A stretch of 64,000 bases of DNA, taken from Prevotellaceae bacterium UBA4372 (GTDB lineage Bacteria > Bacteroidota > Bacteroidia > Bacteroidales > Bacteroidaceae). The stretch spans positions 23,338 to 87,337 of the forward strand of contig DGSC01000003.1 in assembly GCA_002391275.1 (NCBI GenBank), given 5' to 3'. The notes beneath the pieces are model-generated. The model had not been told where the DNA came from, ran no database searches, and saw only the letters and a program-made list of their open reading frames with translations. Positions 19,578 through 29,611 of the stretch are shown piece by piece. Numbering within the stretch: position 1 is the stretch's first letter; the number at the start of each line of letters is the position of its first letter. Both the position numbers and the translations under genes were made by a program.

Positions 19578-20072
19578 ATGATTAATCCATTCATTACTTA
19601 AGGATACATTTCTCCTCAGTATTTCTGCGACCGAATAGAGGAAACGAAGAACCTCCTGTCGCTGATTCATAACGGCAATAATATTGTGCTGATGTCACCC
19701 AGAAGGATGGGAAAGACATGGCTCATTCGCCATTGCTTTCAGCAAGATGAGTTGCGCGAACAAGCTTATACGTTCTTGGTGGACATCTATGCGACAAACA
19801 ATCTCAGCGAACTGGTGTTTCAACTTGGTCAGACTGTGTTGGGGGTGCTTAAGTCACGTGGACGCAGAGTGTGGGAGACGTTTCTGAATGCAATATCTTC
19901 TCTTCGCCCCAGCATTACATTTGATATAAACGGAAATCCAGAGTGGAGCATAGGGCTCGGAGATATCAAAAAACCTGTAGCGACCTTGGATGAGATTTTC
20001 AGCTATCTTAATGGGTGCGATAGGCGATGCATCGTTGCAATTGATGAATTCCAAACTAAGGGGTCTGGCTGA
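19578..20072 (+). pseudogene. Truncated AAA ATPase (PF01637-like ATP-binding protein) with an in-frame stop
   Basis: ATG at 19578 gives MINPFIT. An in-frame TAA at 19599-19601 follows, then GYISPQYFCDRIEETKNLLSLIHNGNNIVLMSPRRMGKTWLIRHCF (Walker A) in the same frame. The reading frame ends after ...AIDEFQTKGSG, only about one third of the usual length. Confidence 0.7.
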
Positions 20073-20248
20073 AACCTTTGTCTGTTCACAGTTGATAGGT
20101 CGCTTCGCCGAATGCAACGGGTCGCAAGTGGATGCACGACAAGTTGTAAAGCCCGATTCAACAGGTAGAAACGGCGGATGCAACTGGTAGCGTGGCGAAG
20201 ATCAACTGGGACTTTTGGTTGTTCGGTCGCGAGCGAACGACTGAATCT

Positions 20249-20314
20249 ATTAAGAGTTTAGGCCAAAAGTCTTAAGAGCTCAGGCAATAAGTCTTAAGAG
20301 TTTTAGGCTAACTA
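20249..20314. repeat. Three tandem units of the 22-bp CTTA(A/G)G repeat family
   Basis: TAAGAG occurs at 20251, 20273 and 20295, an exact 22-bp phase. The unit CTTAAGAGCTCAGGCAATAAGT aligns with CTTAGGAGCATCGGGCAAAACC at 32635. Confidence 0.8.
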
Positions 20315-20394
20315 TAATTTGCCAAAGGCGCAGCAGAATCGGAGACTCCGTTGGTGGCTGAATAGTTTTAGGCTAACTATAATTTGCCAAAGGC
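20299..20394. repeat. 31-bp perfect direct repeat, two copies 65 bp apart
   Basis: AGTTTTAGGCTAACTATAATTTGCCAAAGGC occurs at 20299-20329 and 20364-20394. Confidence 0.9.
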
Positions 20395-20437
20395 TCGACA
20401 GGATAAATCGTTTATGCAACATCTATAGCGGATAAAC

Positions 20438-20481
20438 AAAAAACGGCCAAGGGTTCAGGCATGAACCCTTGGCCGTTTTTT
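20438..20481. terminator. Bidirectional rho-independent terminator
   Basis: Perfect 15-bp stem, AACGGCCAAGGGTTC (20442-20456) with GAACCCTTGGCCGTT (20463-20477), and a 6-nt loop. It is flanked by an A-run on the left and a T-run on the right. Confidence 0.85.
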
Positions 20482-20554
20482 AGATAAAATATGTTGTTTC
20501 ACTTGTGAACTCTTGGCTGTGTGTGCGAGGTCGGTTGGTCGTGTCCAACGGAAC

Positions 20555-20752
20555 GACTGGTTGAAACTGATGTTTCGACTGGTCGAACCGGGTGTAATGA
20601 CTGGACGAACTGGGTGTAACGACTGGTCGAACCGGGTGTAACGACTGGTCGAATAGCGTATAACGACCAGGCGAATAGCGTATAACGACCAGGCGAATAG
20701 CGTATAACGACCAGGCGAATAGCGTATAACGACCAGGCGAATTTACTAAGGC
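20555..20752. repeat. Nine tandem units of a 22-bp repeat (a tenth degenerate unit at 20533)
   Basis: Units start at 20555, 20577, 20599, 20621, 20643, 20665, 20687, 20709 and 20731. The sequence grades from GACTGGTCGAACCGGGTGTAAC to GACCAGGCGAATAGCGTATAAC (three identical copies). The array lies between the MscS stop (20795) and the terminator at 20481. Confidence 0.95.
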
Positions 20753-20794
20753 GAGCGGCCGAAGCTGATGTTGCGACTAGTCCTTGACCCTCGG

Positions 20795-23416
20795 TCAATC
20801 TTTCTTCACGCGCACCTCACGCTGCGGGAACGGAATCTCGATGTTGTTGGCGTTGAGCGTCTGATAAATAATTTCCTTGACGCGCCCCACAAGCATTGTT
20901 CGTTCTTCCACAAGCATCCACAGCGCCACATAAAGGTCGACGCTGCTATCGCCGAAGTCCGAGAAGACGACGGCAACAGGGCGCGCGGGGTCAATGATGT
21001 GCTTGCCAGCAACGTTGCACTCGCGGGAGAGTGGCTGCAGGGCTGCGGTGAGGAGGCTGCGGACGTGCTCGACATCGGTGCCGTAGGCTACGCCAACGGG
21101 CACACGGACGAAGGCGTAGCTGTGGTTGCGCGTCATGTTCTTGAAGTTACCGTTGAAGAGGGCTTTGTTGAGGAACGAGATGACGTAGCCGTCGAGCGTT
21201 ACGACCTGCGTCGATTGGTAGGTGATGCTCTCGACTTTGCCTATGACGCCGTCGCACTCGATGAAGTCGCCTACACGCAGGCGCCCCGTCATGAGCGAGA
21301 GACCGTAGAAGAAGTTCTCGATGAGGTCCTGCATGGCAAAACCCAGGCCGGTGGCCAGACCTGCCGTGACGATGGAGATGCCGCTCTTGGGCACGTTGAG
21401 GATCACTAAGACGGTGATGATGTAAAGGCCCCAGCAGAGGATGGCAATGATGTTGCGCGCCAAGGTGGTATTGACCGAATCGTCCTGCCCAGTGTGCCGA
21501 CGGAAATAGACGTAGAAGCTGCGGATGGCGTAGTTGAGGTAGCGGAAGACGAACCACAATGCGGCCACGACGCAGAGCTTGTAGAGCGAAATCTGCACGA
21601 GGTCCTTCTGGTCGATGAAGTTGCGGAAAAATATCTTAAGGCAGATGCTGGTCATCTCGAAGATGTCGGCACTCCAGTAGATGCAGGCCAGCACCGAAGC
21701 TACGGCAAGGATGGGCACAAGCGTCAGGCGGAAGAGGTCGTAGAGCCATGTCGTGGTGATAAACTTGCCTTGTGCCATAGCTTTCAGCAGTGGTGCCGCC
21801 TCGGCCTCGACGTCGTCGCCTGCAATGATACGCTCCCGTAGTTCGGGCTTCAGACGGGCTATCATATAGCGGTTCTCGAACATCGAGAGGAGGTCGTACA
21901 GGCAGGTGATGGTCATGATGGCTGCAAGTTGGAAAGTCCACCAAACAAGCACCTGCACGGCCATGAGCGTATAGCCTACCCAGGCGGCAAAGGTGGCCAC
22001 AAGCATGACAAATGTGGTGATGTGAGAATAGATGACGTCGGAGAGGGGCAAGCCCTTGCGATGGCGGCCTACCATCCATATCTGCCACAGCGTGAAGGCC
22101 AGCAGCACTGGCGGGAAGACGAGGTTCAAGAGGCTGTTGGGCACAAGCACTACGCGCAACATGATGACCAACGACGACAGGAGCATCAGTGGCGTATAGA
22201 TGAGCACGGCATGGCGCATCTGGCTACCTTTCAAGCGGATGAAGATTGAAAGCGATACAATCTCCAGCAGCCAAGCCATGGTGATGATAAGTGCCGTGGA
22301 CATCTGAATGAAGTTGCGTTCGACGAAATGACGGACTATCATCACGAGAATGGCAAAGAGGGCAAAACCGACAACAAGGGTGAGCACCTGACGACAGTAT
22401 TTGCTTGCTGTCTGGAACCAGCGACGGGGCAGTAGCCAGCGCACAACGGCAAACGCCACTACCAAGGCTCCGCCCAGATAGATAAGCACAAAGAGGCTGA
22501 TGAACAGCACGGGCACGCCGCGCCACTCGGAATAGGTGCTGCCGTGACCTTGCAGCGGAGCATACTTGGTCGCTGCCGAGCGGGTAGCCTGATGGATGTG
22601 CTGCGGCAGGCGGGCAAGGACGCTGAAATAGTTCGGACTGCCGTTGACGTAGATATTGTCCTGCAACATCTTGTAGCGTGACTGAGCAAATGAGCCCAGC
22701 TCGCGCACCTTCTCCTGAACGCTCTTGTAGTAGCTGCTCTCGGCTTCGAGGCTCTCAAGGAACTCCTTCATATTGTCACGGAGCACGGTGGCGTAGCCTA
22801 TACATTCCAGACGATCCTGCAGCTGTTGCCCAGTCAGGTAGAGCGGCTCGTGCAACCCTTCTTCAGGTACCTCATCGGTGAGCGGGCGCGCCTCGGCGTC
22901 TGGGCGAGCAGCCATGGCCGTATCTACGCGTGCCTCCAACGAGTCGATAGCGCTGAGCAGGTGGCTATCGCTCTCGGACAACGAGTCCTGATTGAGGACT
23001 GGAGGAATACTGTTGAGCGACATGATGAGCGAGTCGTAGCGCTCAATCTCATGGCGCATGTAAGCAATCATCTTGTCATAAGGCAGCGAGCGCCCGCTAC
23101 GGCTGTTGAGCTGACGATAGAGGTTGACGGCCTGCTGGCAGGCGTAGGCCATGTCGAACGTATTGTCGGGCGTCTGCGAATAAAGCATCAGTCCAATCTG
23201 TTCGCATTGGTTCATATACCACACCAACTGTTCGTGCTGGGCTGCACCTTGCTGTTCGTAGCGCGCCTTGAAAGCCTGCTGCCGGCGATAGTCGGCCTGC
23301 AGTTCACCACGCAGCACGCCAAGCGTGCGAGCCAAATCGCGTTCCTTGAGCACAGCCCAAGAGGGAAATACGGCCACGAGAATGGCAAAAAGGAAGACTA
23401 ATAATCGTCTCATCAT
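20795..23416 (-). CDS. Large mechanosensitive ion channel, MscS family (MscK/KefA-like architecture)
   Basis: 873 aa. Signal peptide, a long periplasmic helical domain, about 11 TM helices, and a C-terminal MscS core: GLGFAMQDLIENFFYGLSLMTGRLRVGDFIECDGVIGKVESITYQSTQVVTLDG. Confidence 0.85.
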   Translation of the reverse strand: MMRRLLVFLFAILVAVFPSWAVLKERDLARTLGVLRGELQADYRRQQAFKARYEQQGAAQHEQLVWYMNQCEQIGLMLYSQTPDNTFDMAYACQQAVNLYRQLNSRSGRSLPYDKMIAYMRHEIERYDSLIMSLNSIPPVLNQDSLSESDSHLLSAIDSLEARVDTAMAARPDAEARPLTDEVPEEGLHEPLYLTGQQLQDRLECIGYATVLRDNMKEFLESLEAESSYYKSVQEKVRELGSFAQSRYKMLQDNIYVNGSPNYFSVLARLPQHIHQATRSAATKYAPLQGHGSTYSEWRGVPVLFISLFVLIYLGGALVVAFAVVRWLLPRRWFQTASKYCRQVLTLVVGFALFAILVMIVRHFVERNFIQMSTALIITMAWLLEIVSLSIFIRLKGSQMRHAVLIYTPLMLLSSLVIMLRVVLVPNSLLNLVFPPVLLAFTLWQIWMVGRHRKGLPLSDVIYSHITTFVMLVATFAAWVGYTLMAVQVLVWWTFQLAAIMTITCLYDLLSMFENRYMIARLKPELRERIIAGDDVEAEAAPLLKAMAQGKFITTTWLYDLFRLTLVPILAVASVLACIYWSADIFEMTSICLKIFFRNFIDQKDLVQISLYKLCVVAALWFVFRYLNYAIRSFYVYFRRHTGQDDSVNTTLARNIIAILCWGLYIITVLVILNVPKSGISIVTAGLATGLGFAMQDLIENFFYGLSLMTGRLRVGDFIECDGVIGKVESITYQSTQVVTLDGYVISFLNKALFNGNFKNMTRNHSYAFVRVPVGVAYGTDVEHVRSLLTAALQPLSRECNVAGKHIIDPARPVAVVFSDFGDSSVDLYVALWMLVEERTMLVGRVKEIIYQTLNANNIEIPFPQREVRVKKD

Positions 23417-23482
23417 GAAAGAAAAGATAAAGCCTCACAATGGTCCCTGTAGAGACTAATTGTGAGGCTTGTTTTGTATCAA

Positions 23483-24421
23483 TTAATCGTAATATTCGTG
23501 GCGGGCAGCAGCAAGCGTGTTCTGCATAAGCATGCAAATGGTCATGGGGCCTACGCCGCCCGGGACGGGAGTAATCAGAGAGGCGATGGGCGCCACGGCT
23601 TGGAAGTCGACATCGCCCTGCAAGCGCCAACCACGTGCACGGGTATCGTCCTTAACGCGCGTCGTGCCTACATCGATAATGACGGCACCGGGCTTCACCA
23701 TGTCGGCCGTAACGAATGCGGGCTGACCAATAGCGGCGATGATGATATCGGCTGCACGACACTCATCCTTGAGCGTCTTAGAGCGCGAGTGGCAGACGGT
23801 GACGGTGGCGTCGACGCCTTTCTGCATCATCAGCTGCGACATGGGCTTGCCGACAATGTTCGAGCGACCAAGGATGACGCACTTCTTGCCCGACGTCTCT
23901 ACACCATAGCGGCGAAGGAGCTCAAGGATGCCCTTGGGCGTGGCCGAGATGAAGGTGGGCAGGCCGATGGCCATACGACCGACGTTGATGGGATGGAAAC
24001 CGTCGACGTCCTTGCGATAGTCGATGGCCTCGATGACCTTCTGCTCGTCGATGTGGCGGGGCAGAGGCAACTGCACGATGAAGCCGTCGATGTCGGCATT
24101 GGCGTTGAGCTTGGCAACCTCGGAGAGCAAGGCCTCTTCGCTGAGGTCGTCCTCGAAACGAAGAAGGGTACTGCGGAAACCGCACTCCTCACACGCGCGT
24201 ACCTTATTATTTACGTATGTCTCTGAGCCTCCGTCGTGGCCTACGAGGATGGCTGCCAGGTGAGGGCGCTTGCCGCCGGCGGCTACGATGCGCTCCACTT
24301 CTTCTTTAATTTCGGCCTTGATGGTGGCGGCTGTCGCCTTGCCGTCGATAAGAGAGACAGACTCTCCCCCCGTCCTCTCTGTCAAGGAAGGAACGGAATG
24401 TTTCTGACTGGATGTATTCAT
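23483..24421 (-). CDS. folD: Bifunctional methylenetetrahydrofolate dehydrogenase/methenyltetrahydrofolate cyclohydrolase
   Basis: [62 protein letters not shown] and [16 protein letters not shown]. The ORF has a roughly 20-aa N-terminal extension. Confidence 0.95.
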   Translation of the reverse strand: MNTSSQKHSVPSLTERTGGESVSLIDGKATAATIKAEIKEEVERIVAAGGKRPHLAAILVGHDGGSETYVNNKVRACEECGFRSTLLRFEDDLSEEALLSEVAKLNANADIDGFIVQLPLPRHIDEQKVIEAIDYRKDVDGFHPINVGRMAIGLPTFISATPKGILELLRRYGVETSGKKCVILGRSNIVGKPMSQLMMQKGVDATVTVCHSRSKTLKDECRAADIIIAAIGQPAFVTADMVKPGAVIIDVGTTRVKDDTRARGWRLQGDVDFQAVAPIASLITPVPGGVGPMTICMLMQNTLAAARHEYYD

Positions 24422-24508
24422 ACTTATATAATTATAAATGTCATCTAATATGTTTACACTTCTTGAAAGATATTCGCTCCCTAACAGGGAGGGCGGGGGA
24501 TAAGTCTT

Positions 24509-25834
24509 CTACTTCCTCGGCATCCGTGCCATCATCTGCGCCATCTTGGGGTCGGTGACCATCTTCATCATCTTACGTGTCTGGTCGAACTGCTTGATGA
24601 GACGGTTGACAGCGGCGATGTCGGTGCCCGAGCCGGCTGCGATGCGACGACGACGCGAGGTGTTGAGCAGTTCCGGATGGCTACGCTCCTTGGGCGTCAT
24701 GGATAGTATGATGGCTTCGATGCCCTTGAAAGCATCGTCGTCGATGTCGATGTCCTTCAGAGCCTTGCCTACACCTGGAATCATCGAAGCAAGGTCCTTG
24801 ATATTACCCATCTTCTTGATCTGCTGAATCTGAGCATAGAAGTCGTTGAAGTCGAACTGATTCTTGCGGATTTTCTTCTCCAAGCGGCGAGCCTCTTCCT
24901 CGTCGTACTGCTCCTGAGCACGCTCAACGAGGCTGACGATATCGCCCATGCCGAGGATACGGTCGGCCATACGAGCGGGGTGGAAGGGGTCGATGGCTTC
25001 CATCTTCTCGCCCGTGCCCACAAACTTAATAGGCTTATCGACGACGGTGCGGATTGAGAGGGCTGCACCACCGCGAGTGTCACCGTCGAGCTTGGTGAGC
25101 ACTACGCCCGTGTAGTCGAGACGGTCGTTGAACTCCTTAGCGGTGTTCACGGCGTCCTGACCCGTCATGGCATCAACAACGAAGAGCGTTTCATCAGGAT
25201 TGATAGCGGCCTTGATGGCAGCAATCTCCTGCATCAGCTTCTCGTCGATAGCCAGACGGCCGGCGGTGTCGACGATGACGGTGTCGTAGCTCTTGGCCTT
25301 AGCCTCGTGGATGGCGTTCAAGGCAATCTGCACGGGGTCTTGGTTGTCGAGCTCCATGTAGACGGGCACTCCAATCTGCTCGCCCAAAACCCTCAACTGC
25401 TCCACGGCTGCAGGACGATAGACGTCGCAGGCTGCGAGCAAGGGCTTACGCTGGCGCTTGTTCTTGAGCATATTCGCCAACTTTCCGGCAAAGGTGGTCT
25501 TACCCGCACCGTTCAGACCTGCCATGAGGATGACGGCCGGATGACCGGCGAGGTTCAGTTCAGCAGTCTCGCCGCCCATGAGCATGGCCAGCTCGTCGTG
25601 CACAATCTTCACCATCATCTGCTGCGGCTTCACGGCCGTGAGGACGTTCTGCCCGAGTGCTTTCTGCTTGACAGTGTCGGTGAACTGCTTTGCTACCTTA
25701 TAGTTGACGTCGGCATCGAGGAGTGCACGGCGCACATCCTTGAGCGTCTCGGCGACGTTGATTTCAGTGATTTTGCCTTCGCCCTTCAGAATCTTGAATG
25801 AGCGTTCAAGGCGTTCGGATAGATTTTCAAACAC
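24509..25834 (-). CDS. ffh: Signal recognition particle protein Ffh
   Basis: MFENLSERLERSFKILKGEGKITE..., GLNGAGKTTFAGKLA, DTAGRL, and a Met-rich M domain (MTDPKMAQMMARMP). Confidence 0.97.
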   Translation of the reverse strand: MFENLSERLERSFKILKGEGKITEINVAETLKDVRRALLDADVNYKVAKQFTDTVKQKALGQNVLTAVKPQQMMVKIVHDELAMLMGGETAELNLAGHPAVILMAGLNGAGKTTFAGKLANMLKNKRQRKPLLAACDVYRPAAVEQLRVLGEQIGVPVYMELDNQDPVQIALNAIHEAKAKSYDTVIVDTAGRLAIDEKLMQEIAAIKAAINPDETLFVVDAMTGQDAVNTAKEFNDRLDYTGVVLTKLDGDTRGGAALSIRTVVDKPIKFVGTGEKMEAIDPFHPARMADRILGMGDIVSLVERAQEQYDEEEARRLEKKIRKNQFDFNDFYAQIQQIKKMGNIKDLASMIPGVGKALKDIDIDDDAFKGIEAIILSMTPKERSHPELLNTSRRRRIAAGSGTDIAAVNRLIKQFDQTRKMMKMVTDPKMAQMMARMPRK

Positions 25835-25900
25835 AGATTTATTTCAGTTTTAATGATTAAACAATATGATATTACGCATTATGGCCAACGTACAAATACG

Positions 25901-28333
25901 TTATTTCCTGACAAAAACCTCGTCCACCACTACTCCATCGTCGAGAGCAGCAAAGACAAGGCTGTGATCACCAGCAAGCTTTGTCACGGGTAAATAAGCT
26001 TTGACTACAGCATAGTTCTGAAGAACATTCTGTTTCCACTGCTCACTTCGCCCCTTCGTTTCGTAGGTGAACACTTGAGGCTCTGCTCCATCAAGCGAAA
26101 GCGTGAAGCGTTGCTGAGCATCTATCGGATGAGTGGGCAGCATGTGCACTTCCACTTCAACCATTTTCTTGTCAGCCGGGAAACTGTATGCAAAGTTGTA
26201 GGTGATGTTGCAGTCCTTAGGCACAGGCATAGCCCTAATGCTCGCGCCAAGTCCCAGCACGGGATCGAGCACCATACTGCCAGTGAAAGACGAAGCATTG
26301 TAAGAGGCTCCATAGAAAGTGGCTATCGTAGGCGGATCTACAGGCAAGGGATTGGGGCTGGCAATATGTGGTACTGGCTGGAACACCGTAAGGGCACGTG
26401 GATTAGAGTTCATGATTCCCTGCCATTTACCGCCCCGTTGAGCATTATATTGTATCGTGAGTTGTTGAATACGATTATGGGCATTATCAGAACGCAACCA
26501 AGTCTGCTGTACACTTTCTCGCGAGAGGTAGCTAAGTCCATGCCTTGCAAGCTGTGCACAGAGGTATTTCTCGTTTTGCAGAGCTGCACACATGATCGGA
26601 TATTCTACAAGCTGGAAAAAGGCATCGTAGCGCGACGGGTGTGTGCGACGGACGCTGTCGGCAACCCAACGCACGTTGCGTTGCATAAGATCGTAACGGG
26701 AAAGACGGTGACGAATTTTCTTCTCACTCCAAGGTAAATCCCTGACGGCCGACCAATTGTTGACGCCGTCGTTAGGTTCTTCAACACGCGTTCCGGCTAA
26801 ATGCTCGGGCTTGCGCTGGAACGAAAGGTGATAGTGTTCCTTGAGATAGATAGAAGACAAACGTGCCACATCCCGCCCGACATTGGCCGCGATAAATTCC
26901 TCGATGTGCTTTCCTACAGAGAGGGTTCGCACGGCATCGAGGTCCCAGGCCATATCCGTGAACAGTGAAATCTGGTATTCTGACGGCTTGATATCGCCCA
27001 CATTAAGCACCCACATCCTATTGGCCCCGTGGTATGCAGCCTCAGAGAGTTGCTGGAACATCAGGAAAGGACTGGCCGTTCCCAGCCATAGGTAGTCGTG
27101 AGGACGCCCCCAGTAAGAGACATGATAGTAGACACCGTTGCCGCCCGAACGGGCACGCTCATGCTCGTTGGGGAAATGGCGTATGTAGCCGTAGTTATCG
27201 TCGGTCCACATCAGGGTGACATCGTCAGGAACATGAAGCCCTGCGGCATAGAGGTCCATCACTTCTTTGTAAGGGATGAACACTTGCGGCACCATATAAA
27301 GCGACTTGGTGATATACTGTCCGAGCAGCGACCGCTGGGTCTGTATCACCTGTTCCAACGCCTGGCGACTGGTTTCGGCATCGCTATAGCCCTGCATGGG
27401 TCCGTCGTGTACGCCACGCATCCCGAGCGTATAGACCATCGGAATTGATGTCGTCTCAACGACTCGCTTCTCCCAAAACGCCTTAACCGCAGCGCTATTG
27501 TCGGCCCAATTATATTCGCCTTGGCCGCGCAACGGCCATTCACCAGCGACGTCGCATCCCATTGGCTCGCAATGGCTTGAGCCAATGTAGATGCCATACT
27601 TGACAGCTAATTCGGCGTTGCCAGCCGTAAGGAAGAACGGCAGAGTGTGCTCGTGCATGGGTGGCCAATAAAGATTGGCCCTAAGACGGAGCAAGAGCTG
27701 GAAGATACGCTCTGTCGTGCGGGGTCCTACAGCATTCTGTGCGTTAGGCTCATGGGTATACATGGCCCAAGGCAAGAGCCCCCAGTCCTCATCATTGATG
27801 AAAATACCACGGAACTTCACGTCGGGCGATTGCTGCGTCCTGAAATTATCGGGAAGGGTGAACTCGGCACGTGGTTCTGGTTCCACATCGGCCCACCACT
27901 CCCAAGCAGATACGCCGAGCAGACGCGTCAGCTCAATGATGCCATAGGCCGTACCAGCAGGATCGCTTCCGACGATAGAGAGTCGCCCCTCAGCATCCAC
28001 GGCCATGACGAAAGCCTGAGAGCGGCCTGTAAGGTACGATAGGTCGATTCCAGCTTTGGCTACGCGCTTGGCATTAGCTCCACCTAAAGTTCCGATGATG
28101 ATGGAGGCATCATGGTCGCCGATGCTGGCGACAGATGACAACACACGCTGGCAATCGGACTGCAACAAATCGACAGCCGTGATGACCACCGGAGCCTCGT
28201 CAGCACTGACAGAAGCCACAATGGGAGCACCGCTCCGTAAAACGAAAGCGCTGGCCTGCACGGTCAGCGCTATGAGGGCCGCAACGAATGCTGAGGCCGT
28301 ACGTCTGAGGATGTTACCTAACATGAAGCGCAT
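25901..28333 (-). CDS. Glycoside hydrolase family 115-like protein (alpha-glucuronidase type)
   Basis: 810 aa with a signal peptide. GH115-type motifs are SIVGSDPAGTAYGIIELTRLLGVSAWEWWADV, FRGIFINDEDWGLLPWA, LLLRLRANLYWPPMH, GSSHCEPM and YTLGMRGVHDGPMQG. Confidence 0.7.
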   Translation of the reverse strand: MRFMLGNILRRTASAFVAALIALTVQASAFVLRSGAPIVASVSADEAPVVITAVDLLQSDCQRVLSSVASIGDHDASIIIGTLGGANAKRVAKAGIDLSYLTGRSQAFVMAVDAEGRLSIVGSDPAGTAYGIIELTRLLGVSAWEWWADVEPEPRAEFTLPDNFRTQQSPDVKFRGIFINDEDWGLLPWAMYTHEPNAQNAVGPRTTERIFQLLLRLRANLYWPPMHEHTLPFFLTAGNAELAVKYGIYIGSSHCEPMGCDVAGEWPLRGQGEYNWADNSAAVKAFWEKRVVETTSIPMVYTLGMRGVHDGPMQGYSDAETSRQALEQVIQTQRSLLGQYITKSLYMVPQVFIPYKEVMDLYAAGLHVPDDVTLMWTDDNYGYIRHFPNEHERARSGGNGVYYHVSYWGRPHDYLWLGTASPFLMFQQLSEAAYHGANRMWVLNVGDIKPSEYQISLFTDMAWDLDAVRTLSVGKHIEEFIAANVGRDVARLSSIYLKEHYHLSFQRKPEHLAGTRVEEPNDGVNNWSAVRDLPWSEKKIRHRLSRYDLMQRNVRWVADSVRRTHPSRYDAFFQLVEYPIMCAALQNEKYLCAQLARHGLSYLSRESVQQTWLRSDNAHNRIQQLTIQYNAQRGGKWQGIMNSNPRALTVFQPVPHIASPNPLPVDPPTIATFYGASYNASSFTGSMVLDPVLGLGASIRAMPVPKDCNITYNFAYSFPADKKMVEVEVHMLPTHPIDAQQRFTLSLDGAEPQVFTYETKGRSEQWKQNVLQNYAVVKAYLPVTKLAGDHSLVFAALDDGVVVDEVFVRK

Positions 28334-28335
28334 GC

Positions 28336-28713
28336 TTAATTGGCAGGAGCCTCTGCCGGAGCCTCGGTAGCAGGAGCCTCTGTTGCAGGAGCCTCTTGCA
28401 CGTCAGTAGCAGGAATGCCAGGCAGATTAGTGGGGGCTGTTGCTTTCTGCTCGGTAGCTATACCTTCCATGACAGACATGTCGGTGCTTGCACGAGGAAT
28501 AAAGAACACAGAAAGCACGCTAAAGAGAACCATTGCAATGGCCAGCGCCCAAGTCATTTTCTCGATAACATCGGTGGTCTTGCGAACGCCCATAACTTGG
28601 TTACCACTGGCAAAGCCACTGGCAAGGCCGCCGCCCTTTGACTCTTGAACGAGTACGATGAGGCACATGAAGATGGATGCGATGACCACAAGGATTACAA
28701 GTAAATTGTACAT
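28336..28713 (-). CDS. secG: Preprotein translocase subunit SecG
   Basis: MYNLLVILVVIASIFMCLIVLVQESKGGGLASGF...KMTWALAIAMVLFSVL. The C-terminal tail carries a low-complexity APATEAPATEAPAEAPAN repeat. Confidence 0.85.
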   Translation of the reverse strand: MYNLLVILVVIASIFMCLIVLVQESKGGGLASGFASGNQVMGVRKTTDVIEKMTWALAIAMVLFSVLSVFFIPRASTDMSVMEGIATEQKATAPTNLPGIPATDVQEAPATEAPATEAPAEAPAN

Positions 28714-28747
28714 TGTTGTTTAGATATTATTTGATTATTATTTCCTT

Positions 28748-29611
28748 TTATTGCTGTGATTCCTGGGTGATTTTATGGCTTTCGTTAAGCAATAATTTCT
28801 CAAGGAACCGAATTTGGTCTGCAAAGTAACGGTTTTTTTGTGGATAAAGCAAACTTATTCGTCGAATAATTTCAATTGCCTTAGCATATTTACCCTGTTT
28901 GATGTAAATTCGGGCCAAAGTCTCTGTAAAATAGGTGTCAGAATTGTCATTTACAGCACTTTCATCTGCAGGTTCGTCGGCAGGTTCTTCTACATCGGAG
29001 AGTGTGTCCAGATGCTCCTGTTCGCTCTCTTCCAAGTTTACAGACGGCTGTTCGGACGCGTTTTGCTGGTTGGCTGCAGCATCGTTGTGTTCAGCTTCTG
29101 CGGCAGACTCTGGCACGGCCACGGCATCGTCGAGCTGAAGCAGATAAGCTGTGTAGTCGACTGCAGCCTCAGCCGGTCGGGGGCGACGTGTGGGCGCAGG
29201 CTGAGGTTGCTGCCCTAAGAACGTATCGATGAGTGTCAGTGTGCGATCGGTTCCGCCCGAAGTTTCGCTGCCAGGTTGGGCTGGAGTTAAAGCCCGTGCC
29301 ACCGCCCCTTTTCGGTCGGCGACCAGTGCTTCCTGCAGCAATTCTGTCTCAAAGAGTTCGAAGAGCCGTTCACGGCTGGGCATGCAGATTGCGGTGCGAC
29401 TCAACTCTGCTCCGAAGCGCCCGTCTTGCAGTTGATAGAGCCCTCGCAACAGCAGAAGGCGGGCCGCCTGGAACGAGGGGTATCGTTCGACGAGCTGGTA
29501 GAGTTCGTCTACCACGGACGCATCGATGCTATCCGGATTATTAATGTATGTCGATAGAGATTGCATGTAGGTGAAGGTAAATGAGTTCTCTGCATTGATG
29601 CTACGGAGCAC
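28748..29611 (-). CDS. Hypothetical protein with an acidic linker and a C-terminal TPR-like motif (conserved lptE-secG neighbour)
   Basis: 287-aa ORF. The start may be the internal MQSLSTYINN at 29566. C-terminus is YFTETLARIYIKQGKYAKAIEIIRRISLLYPQKNRYF. Confidence 0.6.
   Translation of the reverse strand: MLRSINAENSFTFTYMQSLSTYINNPDSIDASVVDELYQLVERYPSFQAARLLLLRGLYQLQDGRFGAELSRTAICMPSRERLFELFETELLQEALVADRKGAVARALTPAQPGSETSGGTDRTLTLIDTFLGQQPQPAPTRRPRPAEAAVDYTAYLLQLDDAVAVPESAAEAEHNDAAANQQNASEQPSVNLEESEQEHLDTLSDVEEPADEPADESAVNDNSDTYFTETLARIYIKQGKYAKAIEIIRRISLLYPQKNRYFADQIRFLEKLLLNESHKITQESQQ

Noticed and set aside
20311-20322. TATAAT-containing segment of the 31-bp duplicated sequence as a promoter
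   Set aside because: It resembles an E. coli -10 box but does not fit the Bacteroidota TAnnTTTG consensus, and no gene follows it.
20499-20798. 99-aa minus-strand ORF
   Set aside because: It reads straight through the 22-bp tandem array. The period is not a multiple of 3, so the peptide merely cycles through frames. I treat it as non-coding.
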